Position numbers and translations under genes: made by a program. A DNA stretch of 64,000 bases from Patescibacteria group bacterium (GTDB taxonomy: Bacteria > Patescibacteriota > Minisyncoccia > Minisyncoccales > Staskawiczbacteraceae), in contig JAHJTG010000005.1 in the NCBI GenBank assembly GCA_018829965.1, forward strand, positions 148,774 through 212,773, read 5' to 3'. Below the pieces are notes generated by a model. The model was not told the DNA's origin. It made no database searches and saw only the letters and a list, made by a program, of their open reading frames with translations. This document shows, in pieces, positions 53,155 to 61,326 of this stretch (positions within the stretch are counted from its first letter, which is position 1; every line of letters begins with the position of its first letter).

Positions 53155-53594
53155 ATGGCAGAAGAAATTAGAAAAATGAGAGAATTAGAAGTGGCTCTTA
53201 GCAGGAATCTTTATCTGATTTGCGCTTTTGTAACTTTAATTACAATGATTATGACTGTAATTGAGTTTTTCAGTAGAGGAACCTTTTTCCCGAATCATAT
53301 GGGTCTTTTTTATTTAGGAATTTTACTGATTTATTCTTTACATAAAGAGATGATAAGGTGGCTGGGGCGCGCCAAGGAGAATATTTTGTATATAGTTGGA
53401 TTATATTAACAACCGTTCTTTATATTATTAATTTTATATCAAAAGATTATTATACATATATGGTCCAAGGCGGACTCTGCGACACTTTGCGGGATACTGC
53501 CGTTCTTACGTTAGAGGTTCTTGCTGTGTTTATCTTTACTCGTTGTTTGAAGATTTTCCAGATTTATATAAAAACACGGAAGATTAAGTTTTAA
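53155..53594 (+). CDS. Small membrane protein(s): two overlapping frames (84 + 78 aa), possibly one frameshifted gene
   Basis: ORFs 53155..53409 and 53358..53594 are both hydrophobic. They overlap by 52 nt around a GC-rich GGCGCGCC site. Confidence 0.3.
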
Positions 53595-53599
53595 TCTTC

Positions 53600-54058
53600 G
53601 GGCCTGTAGCACAGTCCAGACGCAGTCGTGGATCCACGATTGATAAAATCAATCGGGATGGCCCTATGTAGAAATTTTTTAAAATTTCTACCGGGCTCGT
53701 TCAAAATTTTGGAATAGAGCAATACATCGCATTCGTCTCGATAAAATTTTAAGATTTTATTGAGGATACTCGATAACTCTGGTGGGCCCATGGTCCAGTG
53801 GCAAGACACCGCATTCGCATTGCGGAAACGGCAGTTCAAATCTGCCTGGGTCCACCAGAGTTATCGGGACATTGCTGAATTCCGGGTTCGACTCCCGGTG
53901 AGTCCATAGATATTTCTAACGGGGCGAGTTGCGGGGACGCGAGTTCGTCCGGTCATTCGGCCTGACGCCCAGTCGAATGACTGGGCGATTCTGCCCATGT
54001 CCATAAAAATTTAGGCGGGTAAGTTGTAGAAATGGCGGTTCAAATCCGCCCAGGTCCA
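53600..54058 (+). ncRNA. tmRNA-like (ssrA candidate) structured RNA with tRNA-Ala-like termini
   Basis: - 5' GGGCCTG (53600-53606) pairs perfectly with CAGGTCC (54051-57), giving G3:U70 and discriminator A.
- A T-arm GGCGG-TTCAAAT-CCGCC (54034-50) sits immediately 5' of that acceptor strand.
- The interior is GC-rich with hairpins or possible pseudoknots (gtcattcg/cgaatgac, cccagtc/gactggg, ggacg/cgtcc).
- I could not identify a canonical tag ORF. Confidence 0.4.
53784..53857 (+). tRNA. tRNA-Ala (anticodon CGC), CCA encoded, nested in the tmRNA-like locus
   Basis: GGGCCCATGGTCCAGTGGCAAGACACCGCATTCGCATTGCGGAAACGGCAGTTCAAATCTGCCTGGGTCCACCA. G3:U70 is present. Anticodon loop TTCGCAT. Flanked by a 13-nt perfect inverted repeat cgataactctggt / accagagttatcg. 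Confidence 0.8.
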
Positions 54059-54084
54059 TTATATAAATTTTTTTAATAATAATT

Positions 54085-54762
54085 ATGATAATAAAAACCA
54101 AAAATCCCAAAGAAGCTATCGCTTATTTGAAATCTTCAAAAAATAAAATATTGAACTATTTAAAAAAAGTAGTAAATGATAAAGATTTTAATTATCGTAC
54201 TTTTGGGACCGCCATAGAGGAGCATCTTACAGAGGTTCTTATTAAATTATTTAAAGAGGGTGGATTTATTAAAAGTAATAGAGATTATATTGTCGCGCCC
54301 GATAAAAATTATTTTCCAGACCTTGAGTTAAAAACTAAACCTCCACTTGCTATTGAGTTTAAATCTGGGAATAGTAGCCAATATAGAAAAGGAAAATGGG
54401 TTACGGTAAAGAACAGTGAAAACGATATGGGTACGCTAAATAAGTGGCCGCTTAAGATTGCCAAATTCGGCGGAGAAAATATTTATTATATTTTTGTTTT
54501 CTATAATCTTAATGATAGAGCCAAAGAAGTTTTAAATATTGAGATAGCCCCGTTTTATCAATTCATAGGATTAAGCGGCGGTAAGGTTCTTAAATATAGA
54601 GAAAAAGATGGAAACCTGCGACCTAAGGATTTTAAAATTGAGCCTTCAATTAAAACATTAAAGCAGTTTGAGGGATTGTTTATCAAAACGGTAGTTTATA
54701 GATCAAAGCGTATAATAAAAAAACATCGATCAATTATAAAAGAGGCATTTAAGAAACATTAA
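54085..54762 (+). CDS. Putative type II restriction endonuclease (PD-(D/E)XK pattern)
   Basis: 225 aa. NYFPDLELKTKPPLAIEFKSG gives P-D...(12)...E-F-K. Convergent with the methyltransferase gene and overlapping it by 4 nt. Confidence 0.45.
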   Translation: MIIKTKNPKEAIAYLKSSKNKILNYLKKVVNDKDFNYRTFGTAIEEHLTEVLIKLFKEGGFIKSNRDYIVAPDKNYFPDLELKTKPPLAIEFKSGNSSQYRKGKWVTVKNSENDMGTLNKWPLKIAKFGGENIYYIFVFYNLNDRAKEVLNIEIAPFYQFIGLSGGKVLKYREKDGNLRPKDFKIEPSIKTLKQFEGLFIKTVVYRSKRIIKKHRSIIKEAFKKH

Positions 54763-56303
54763 AAGAGGGTACAATTAATTGCCGTTGGGATAGATTCTGT
54801 ATTGTCTATTGGATAAATCCCTTCGTCTTCGGATATAGTCAGGTTTTTCAAATATTTTGAGGCTACTTTTGGTATATTATCATTGTATTTATAACCATTA
54901 CTTGATCGATAATTTACTTTCTTTAATTTGTCTGAAACAATTTTTTCGTATTTCGGGTCGATATCGATCCCAATATAATTTCTACCCAATCTTTTAGCTG
55001 CTAGCGCGGTTGTGCCAGCTCCAATAAATGGATCTAATACAACATCTCCCTCATTGGTGCTCATCAAAATTAAGCGTTCAAGTAGTGGCTCGGGAAGTTG
55101 GCAAGGATGTTCGTCTCTACGAGCACTATGTCTAATGCGATGTATATCAGCCCAAACATCGCTTAAAAGTGTTCCATAGGGGTTGATTTGGCTTTTTTTA
55201 CCACCATAATCTTTAATCATTTGTCCACATGTGCGGCATTTTCTATGTGGAGATCTAAGCTCATGAAATTTAAATCCCTTAGGAATTTTTGTATAGAAAA
55301 GTATCCCATAATGAGCTGGTAGTAATGTTTTTCCAAGGGGTATGCTCATTGAGTCCCATGCGATCCAATGCTTGAATATAGCGATTTTGTTTAAATGGTT
55401 TGCAAAATAGACCAACCATTTTGGGATATTGTGTACAAAAATTGAACCAGTTGGCTTGGTAACCCTAACCATTTCAGTAAGCCATTGTTCACACCATTTT
55501 ATATAATCTTCGGCTGCTCTTTTATCTTTATAATTGCCGTATTTTTTATTTAGGTTAAATGGCGGGTCTGCAAATGTCATATCTGCAGAATCATCAGGGA
55601 TTTTTTTTAGCTCTTCTATCGCATCGCCACACAAAATCTCATTAAGCGGAAGTTTTTTATATTGTTTAATAGTTGCGTTTACTTTCGGTAAAGTAGTTGG
55701 GTTTTGAGTTATTTCATGTATAACATCTATTACTACCCCTTGAATCGCAATATCTCTGTTATTGCGGATTATAATTGGCTCAATGCTTTTGTTAGCTGGT
55801 TGTAAGCGAATATATCCTCCTTCTCGATAATATTTTTTTAGAGTTGCTTCTTGATTATCAATTAAAGCAACTACTTTTTGTCCGTTATCTGCTGTTCCTT
55901 GTTTTTTTACCAAAACAATATCTCCATCATTTATATTTTCATCAATCATACTATTTCCACTGACTCGTAGTGCGTAAATATCTGAACTAGGAGGTAATTT
56001 AGTTTTCGGAACAGCTATCATTTCTTTATTCTCTATCGCCTCTATCGGCTCGCCAGCCGCTATAGTTCCTAATAAGGGTATACTTACCATCTGCTCATTT
56101 TCATAAAGATTAATGGCTCTGGGTTTATTTTCTTCTTTATTTAAATAACCAAGCTCTTGGAGTTTTTTAACATGAAAATGGGCCGTAGACACAGATACGA
56201 TTTTTAGTTTTCTTTTAATGTCTTCAAGGGAGGGGGAATACCCCCTTTTTTTTGTATAATCTTTTATAAAATCTAAAACTTGTTTTTGTCTTTTTGTAAG
56301 CAT
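54759..56303 (-). CDS. LexA (wHTH + S24 autopeptidase) fused to a beta-class N6A/N4C DNA methyltransferase
   Basis: A single 514-aa frame.
- aa 1-~197 are LexA: LLGTIAAGEPIEA (Ala83-Gly84), VSGNSM (Ser118), EATLKKY (Lys156).
- aa ~215-514 are the methyltransferase, with FADPPFNL (motif IV) preceding VLDPFIGAGTTALAA (motif I). Confidence 0.8.
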   Translation of the reverse strand: MLTKRQKQVLDFIKDYTKKRGYSPSLEDIKRKLKIVSVSTAHFHVKKLQELGYLNKEENKPRAINLYENEQMVSIPLLGTIAAGEPIEAIENKEMIAVPKTKLPPSSDIYALRVSGNSMIDENINDGDIVLVKKQGTADNGQKVVALIDNQEATLKKYYREGGYIRLQPANKSIEPIIIRNNRDIAIQGVVIDVIHEITQNPTTLPKVNATIKQYKKLPLNEILCGDAIEELKKIPDDSADMTFADPPFNLNKKYGNYKDKRAAEDYIKWCEQWLTEMVRVTKPTGSIFVHNIPKWLVYFANHLNKIAIFKHWIAWDSMSIPLGKTLLPAHYGILFYTKIPKGFKFHELRSPHRKCRTCGQMIKDYGGKKSQINPYGTLLSDVWADIHRIRHSARRDEHPCQLPEPLLERLILMSTNEGDVVLDPFIGAGTTALAAKRLGRNYIGIDIDPKYEKIVSDKLKKVNYRSSNGYKYNDNIPKVASKYLKNLTISEDEGIYPIDNTESIPTAINCTLF

Positions 56304-56319
56304 AAATTTATTGGCTTTA

Positions 56320-56361
56320 TTCTATCAACTATAGTATAATAGAAAGAAAATAGAAAATCAA
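56320..56361 (-). promoter_or_regulatory. Promoter with an overlapping palindromic operator candidate for the LexA-MTase gene
   Basis: Minus strand: TTGATT (56361-56356), a 17-nt spacer, then TATACT (56338-56333). Inverted repeat TTCTAT-N13-ATAGAA (56320-56344) with an inner palindrome ACTATAGT overlapping the -10. Confidence 0.4.
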
Positions 56362-56458
56362 TAACAGAGTTATCCATAATTAAAGTTTATGTTTATAGAA
56401 AAATTTTTAAAAAATCATTTTTTTTAGTAAAACCAAATTATAGAGATTATAAATAATC

Positions 56459-56589
56459 TATATAATTAATTCATTCGGTCGTCCCGCTAAGCGGGACTTT
56501 CTCATTCATAATTATAGAAACAACCTCACTATTTATATAATTAATCTTTCGGTCGTCCCGCTAAGCGGGATTCCCTCTCTCATAATTAT
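56459..56589 (+). repeat. Two ~56-bp direct repeats, each with a TATATAAT box and a GTCCCGCTAAGCGGGA hairpin, upstream of yraN
   Basis: Unit 1 at 56459-56515 and unit 2 at 56534-56589, a 75-bp period. Unit 2 ends in the yraN ATG. Unit 1 ends in ATA at the equivalent position. Confidence 0.7.
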
Positions 56590-57040
56590 GGATAAAAAAG
56601 AATTAGGACAATTCGGAGAAAATATTGCTTGCGAATATCTCAAAAGAAAGGGATACAAAATTTTAGATAGAAATTATATTAAAATTTGGGACGATAAAAC
56701 AAAGGGAGAAATTGATATTATTGCCAAGTCCCAAAGTAATGTCTTTGACATCCTACGGGGTAAAAAAGACAATGCCGTTTGTTTTATTGAAGTGAAAACG
56801 ATTATTGAAGGTTCGGGATTTTTGCCAGAAGACAAGGTGGATTATAAGAAACGAAAAAAATTGATAAAATTATCCCAAAATTGGTTTTTGGAAAAGAAAA
56901 TTCCATCAGAGTCGCAGTGGCAAATTGATGTAATAGGAATTTTAGTAAACAGAGACACCCTCTTTCGCCTTTCGGCTTCGGACGGGCAAGCAAAAAAGGC
57001 AAAAATTAGACATTTTGAAAATGTGGTCGCGGAAAGCTGA
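56588..57040 (+). CDS. yraN: YraN-family (UPF0102) endonuclease-like protein
   Basis: GENIACEYLKRKGYKILDRNY...GEIDIIAK...FIEVKT. Carries a GC-richer in-frame insert at ~56951-57000 (RDTLFRLSASDGQAKKA). Confidence 0.75.
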   Translation: MDKKELGQFGENIACEYLKRKGYKILDRNYIKIWDDKTKGEIDIIAKSQSNVFDILRGKKDNAVCFIEVKTIIEGSGFLPEDKVDYKKRKKLIKLSQNWFLEKKIPSESQWQIDVIGILVNRDTLFRLSASDGQAKKAKIRHFENVVAES

Positions 57041-57052
57041 TAGGAGGGTTGA

Positions 57053-57204
57053 CCCCGTTAGAAGTTTGCGATTGGATACCGAGCGAAGCGCGAGTGGCGA
57101 ATAGCCACATCCTGAACCGGGGCGAAGCGCTTCGCCCAACAAGGGATATACCTATTCGGTATACGCACTTCGTTACTGAAAACTATGGCAAACTTCTAAC
57201 GGGG
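57053..57204. mobile_element. MITE-like element, family C, flanked by a TTGA duplication
   Basis: CCCCGTTAGAAGT(TTGC) at 57053- and (GCAA)ACTTCTAACGGGG ending at 57204. TTGA at 57049-57052 and 57205-57208. 152 bp, with a GC-rich interior containing ggcgaagcgcttcgcc. Confidence 0.7.
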
Positions 57205-57335
57205 TTGACATCCAATTTTCATTTTGATAAGCTACAATAAAGTATTGGATATTTGGAAGATACGTCCGTCTGACCGCGGACTATTTTTTTAAGAAAATAA
57301 TTACTAATATCTAACATCTAATATCTAACACCAAA

Positions 57336-58685
57336 ATGGAAATCGATATTAAGTCGTTTCATCGGGCTTTAAATCAAATTGCTCAAGAAAGAGGCATCCC
57401 TGCCGAGAAAATTATAGAAACGCTGGAAGCAGCGATTGCTACTGCATACAAAAAAGATTATGGGAAAAAAGGCCAAAAAATTAAAGCGAAGTTTAATCCT
57501 GTGTCAGGAGACGTTAAGTTTTGGCAGATAATGTTGGTTGTTGATAAGGATATGATTTATTCAGAAGAAGAAATAGAAAAACTGAAAGAGAAAAAAGAAA
57601 TCGCTGTTGTTGAGGCAGAAGAACACGAAGAGGGAAAGAAAGTTGTTTTTAATCCGGAAAAACACATTATGATAGAGGATGCTAAGAAAGATAATTCTAA
57701 TATCAAACCGGGAGATGAATTAGAGATTCCTTTGGCACCAAAAACTGATTATGGCCGCATTGCTGCTCAGACAGCAAAACAGGTTATTTTACAGAAGATA
57801 AGAGAAATTGAAAAAGAAGCTATCTTTGGAGAGTATAAGTCAAAAGAAGGAGAGATTACTTCAGGAATCGTTCAAAGAATTGAAGGTCATACTGTTTTTG
57901 TTGATATCGGTAAAACTTTAGGCGTTTTAAACAGAGAAGAAAATATTCCAGGAGAGTTTTATAGACCAGGTCAACGTTTAAAGTTTTACATCCTTAAAGT
58001 TGAAGAAACTCCAAGAGGGCCAGTTGTTTTGCTTTCTCGCGCTTATCCTAAATTAATCTCCAAACTTTTTGAGTTAGAGGTCCCAGAAATTACTACTGGC
58101 ACCGTTGTTATAAAAGCTGTTGCCAGAGAAGCTGGTTTCCGTACCAAAATAGCAGTTGAATCAACAGCTGAAGGAATCGATCCAATTGGTTCATGTGTTG
58201 GGCAAAGAGGAACAAGAATTATGGCAGTGATTAATGAGCTTGGCGGAGAAAAAATAGATGTTGTTGAATGGAAAGAGGACCCTGCAAAATTTATTTCCAA
58301 TGCCTTAGCTCCGGCAAAAATTATTGAAGTAAAAATTGATAAGAAAAATACTGCGAAGGTTTCAGTTCCTGACGACCAGCTATCTTTAGCTATTGGGAAA
58401 GACGGCAGGAATGTAAGATTAGCAGCGAATCTCACTGGTTGGAAAATTGATATTGAGGGAGTGGTCGCCGAAGAAGCGACCACAGAAAATGTTCCAGAAG
58501 AAAAATCCGAGAAAGAAGTCAAAGAGAAAATAGAAGGAATAGAAGGGGAGAAAAAAGAAAACGAAGGTAAAGAGGGTGATAAAAAAGAGGAAAATAAGGC
58601 AAAAAAGAAAGAGGAAGAAAAGAAAAAATCTATCTCAGCTAAATCTCCAAGAAGTAAGGGGAAAAAGCCTCCTAAAAATAATTAA
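57336..58685 (+). CDS. nusA: Transcription termination/antitermination factor NusA
   Basis: N-terminal domain, S1 (GEITSGIVQRIEGHTVFVDIG), two KH domains (GSCVGQRGTRI; AIGKDGRNVRLA), and a Lys/Glu-rich tail. Confidence 0.9.
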   Translation: MEIDIKSFHRALNQIAQERGIPAEKIIETLEAAIATAYKKDYGKKGQKIKAKFNPVSGDVKFWQIMLVVDKDMIYSEEEIEKLKEKKEIAVVEAEEHEEGKKVVFNPEKHIMIEDAKKDNSNIKPGDELEIPLAPKTDYGRIAAQTAKQVILQKIREIEKEAIFGEYKSKEGEITSGIVQRIEGHTVFVDIGKTLGVLNREENIPGEFYRPGQRLKFYILKVEETPRGPVVLLSRAYPKLISKLFELEVPEITTGTVVIKAVAREAGFRTKIAVESTAEGIDPIGSCVGQRGTRIMAVINELGGEKIDVVEWKEDPAKFISNALAPAKIIEVKIDKKNTAKVSVPDDQLSLAIGKDGRNVRLAANLTGWKIDIEGVVAEEATTENVPEEKSEKEVKEKIEGIEGEKKENEGKEGDKKEENKAKKKEEEKKKSISAKSPRSKGKKPPKNN

Positions 58686-58715
58686 AAGTCGATTTTAATT
58701 AAAATTTTAAAAATT

Positions 58716-59255
58716 ATGGTTAATTTATATAAAGATTTAACACCTGGCAAAAATCCACCAAAACAAATAAACGTCGTGGTGGAAATTTCTCAAGGGGCCA
58801 ATAATAAGTATGAATATGACGAAAAAGGCGGTTATTTTAAATTAGATAGAACGCTTTTTTCACCGATGTATTATCCATTTGAATATGGTTTTATTCCTCA
58901 GACCGTCTCAGAAGACGGGGATTCTTTAGATGTTGTTTTGATAACAAGCAGGCCGACTTTCCACGGTTGTGTTGTTCAGGCTAGGCCAGTCGGGGTTTTA
59001 AAAATGAAAGATGAAGGAGGGGTAGATAATAAAATAATTGCTGTTCCTATAGAAAAAGTTGACCCTCGTTTTAAAGAGATTAAAGAAATTAACGATTTAG
59101 GAGGGCATTTAAAAAAGGAAATAGAGCTTTTTTTCGCCGACTATAAAAAATTAGAAACGGAAAAATATAAATTTGTGAAAGTTGAAGGTTGGAAGGGACG
59201 AGAAAAAGCAGAAGATATCATCAAAAAATCAGTAGCTAAATATCTCGGTAAATAA
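58716..59255 (+). CDS. ppa: Inorganic pyrophosphatase (family I)
   Basis: NVVVEISQGANNKYEYD, YGFIPQTVSEDGDSLDVVL and DNKIIAVP. Confidence 0.9.
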   Translation: MVNLYKDLTPGKNPPKQINVVVEISQGANNKYEYDEKGGYFKLDRTLFSPMYYPFEYGFIPQTVSEDGDSLDVVLITSRPTFHGCVVQARPVGVLKMKDEGGVDNKIIAVPIEKVDPRFKEIKEINDLGGHLKKEIELFFADYKKLETEKYKFVKVEGWKGREKAEDIIKKSVAKYLGK

Positions 59256-59281
59256 AAAACAAAAACAGGAAAATATAAAAA

Positions 59282-59313
59282 CTATTGGAAGGTCAGACCT
59301 TCCAATAGCTTTT
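59282..59313 (+). terminator. Rho-independent terminator after ppa
   Basis: ctattggaagg-tcaga-ccttccaatag followed by ctttt. Confidence 0.6.
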
Positions 59314-59321
59314 GTAGATAT

Positions 59322-60590
59322 ATGAAACATCAAATTAAAAAACTACCAGCATCACAAATAGAAATTGAAGTAGAAATTCCTTCCGAAGATTTGGATAAGT
59401 TTTTAGAAAAAGCCTTTGCGCATTTTAACGAACACTTAAAAGTGGATGGTTTTAGGCAAGGAAACATCCCGAAAAATATCGTGGAAGAAAAAGTTGGCAA
59501 GGAAAATATACTTGCCGAAGCAGCGGATTTAGCAGTGAAGGATGCGTATGCAAAAATAATTAAAGAAAATAATTTGGAGCCTATTACTGCGCCGGATGTA
59601 CAGGTTTTGAAGTTGGCAAAAGGCAATCCTTTCATATTCAAAATAAAAGTGAATCTCTTGCCGGAAATTGGTCTCGGAGACTATAACAAGATTGCTTCGC
59701 AAGTTAAAAAGAATAAAATTTCTGTCAGCGAAGAAGAAATTAATAACTCGTTGGAATATATCAGAAAATCAAGATCTAAGTTTTCCCAACTTGATAGACC
59801 TGCTCAAGAAAAAGATTTTATTGAAATTGAATACGAAAGTTCTCAATTAGGTTCTGAAAAAATGAAGGACCAGTTTATCCTAGGGGAGGGCGGATTCATG
59901 CCTGGTTTTGAACAAAAAATCGTAGGGATGAAAACCGGCGAGGAAAAAGAGTTCTCTGTAGCCTTTCCGCAAAACGCTCAAAGAAAAGATTTAGCCGGAA
60001 AGGAAGTTTCTTTTAAAACTAAAATGCTCGGCGTTAAAAAAGTAGAAATACCAGAAGCTAATGACGATTTTGTTAAAAGTTTAGGGAAGTTTGAGAGCCT
60101 TTCAGCTCTTAGAGATAATCTTAAAGAAGGAATAACAATGGAAAAAGAAGAACAAGAAAGAGAAAATAGAAGAAAGGAGATCTTAGAGAAAATAGTTGAA
60201 AAATCAAAAATTGATATTCCTCAATCTTTGATTGATTCTGAAAAAGAAAACCTATTAAAGAATTTTAAAAACAGAATAAGCCAAAACCATAAAATCAGTT
60301 TTGAAGAATATTTGGCTTCGGTAAAACAAGACGAAAAGACAATTTTAGAATCTTTTGTAAAAGAGGCAGAGAAAAAGATCAAAAACTATCTAATTTTAAA
60401 AGAAATCGGAAAGAGAGAAAATATTCTAATTAGCGAGGAAGAAATTGAAAAGGAAGTCAATAAAAATATCAAAAATTATTCAAAAGAGGTTTTAGAAAAA
60501 ATTGACATTAACGAATTTAAAGAGTATATTAAAGGAGTAATATATAACGAAAAGATTTTCCAATTATTGGAAAATCTTTTAAAACCCTAA
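59322..60590 (+). CDS. tig: Trigger factor
   Basis: 422 aa. N-terminal ribosome-binding region GFRQGNIP, a central FKBP-like region and a C-terminal arm domain. Upstream of clpP as usual. Confidence 0.85.
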   Translation: MKHQIKKLPASQIEIEVEIPSEDLDKFLEKAFAHFNEHLKVDGFRQGNIPKNIVEEKVGKENILAEAADLAVKDAYAKIIKENNLEPITAPDVQVLKLAKGNPFIFKIKVNLLPEIGLGDYNKIASQVKKNKISVSEEEINNSLEYIRKSRSKFSQLDRPAQEKDFIEIEYESSQLGSEKMKDQFILGEGGFMPGFEQKIVGMKTGEEKEFSVAFPQNAQRKDLAGKEVSFKTKMLGVKKVEIPEANDDFVKSLGKFESLSALRDNLKEGITMEKEEQERENRRKEILEKIVEKSKIDIPQSLIDSEKENLLKNFKNRISQNHKISFEEYLASVKQDEKTILESFVKEAEKKIKNYLILKEIGKRENILISEEEIEKEVNKNIKNYSKEVLEKIDINEFKEYIKGVIYNEKIFQLLENLLKP

Positions 60591-60712
60591 ATTCGAAATC
60601 CTAAACTCTAAACAATATTAAAATTATAAATCCAAAGCACAAAACCAGTTTAGAATTTTAAATTTTTAGCATTTGGATTTATTTAGGATTTAGAGATTAG
60701 TGCTTAGAATTT
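60586..60712. repeat. Family B hairpin element between tig and clpP
   Basis: ccctaaattcgaaatcctaaactctaaac...atttggatttatttaggatttagagattagtgcttagaattt. Confidence 0.65.
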
Positions 60713-60729
60713 AATTTATTAAAATTTTT

Positions 60730-61326
60730 ATGCCAATAGTTCCAACTATTGTCGAAAAAACGCAACGTGGTGAACGTGTTTATGATATATTCTCTCGTCT
60801 TTTAGAAGAGAGGATAATTTTTCTTGCAGGACAGATAACAGACCTTAACGCTAATGTGGTTATCGCTCAGATATTGTATTTAGCCTCAAAAGACCCAAAG
60901 CGTGACATAAAAATCTACATCAATAGCCCTGGAGGTTCTGTGACAGCAGGACTGGCAATTTACGATACAATGCAGTACGTAAAATGCCCTGTTTCCACTA
61001 TTTGTGTGGGTTTGACTGGTTCCATGGCGGCAATTCTTTTGGCAGCAGGTAGCAAAGGAAAGCGCTTTGCTTTGCCAAATGCCGAGATTTTGCTTCATCA
61101 GGTAGCCGGAGGTATAACGGGTCAGGCAAGCGAGATAGAAATTACAGCTAAGCAGATAATGAAGTTAAAGGAGAATATTAACCAGATTTTGGTTAATCAT
61201 ACTGGGCAGCCATTGAGTAAGATAGAAAAGGATACTGATAGAGATTTCTATTTAACTTCTCGGGAAGCCAAAGAATATGGCTTAATTGATGATGTTATTG
61301 GGGTTAAAGAAAAGATAGCCAAGTAA
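60730..61326 (+). CDS. clpP: ATP-dependent Clp protease proteolytic subunit
   Basis: [20 protein letters not shown], the GSMAA active-site Ser and LLHQ His. Confidence 0.95.
   Translation: MPIVPTIVEKTQRGERVYDIFSRLLEERIIFLAGQITDLNANVVIAQILYLASKDPKRDIKIYINSPGGSVTAGLAIYDTMQYVKCPVSTICVGLTGSMAAILLAAGSKGKRFALPNAEILLHQVAGGITGQASEIEITAKQIMKLKENINQILVNHTGQPLSKIEKDTDRDFYLTSREAKEYGLIDDVIGVKEKIAK

Noticed and set aside
53600-54058. The locus considered as a group I intron-interrupted tRNA, as RNase P RNA, or as a permuted two-piece tmRNA.
   Set aside because: - The 5' segment does not form a D-arm or anticodon arm, as an intron-split tRNA would require.
- The conserved RNase P motifs (GAGGAAAGTCC, ACAGAANCCGGCTTA) are absent.
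- The order of the acceptor strands is not permuted.

None of these could be supported by eye, so the call is left as tmRNA-like or unknown.
53591-54110. ORFs 53591..53839 (-) and 53916..54110 (-).
   Set aside because: They overlap the tRNA-Ala gene and the GC-rich structured tmRNA-like region. The translations are Arg/Pro/Gly-rich, as expected from structured RNA DNA, and there is no start context.
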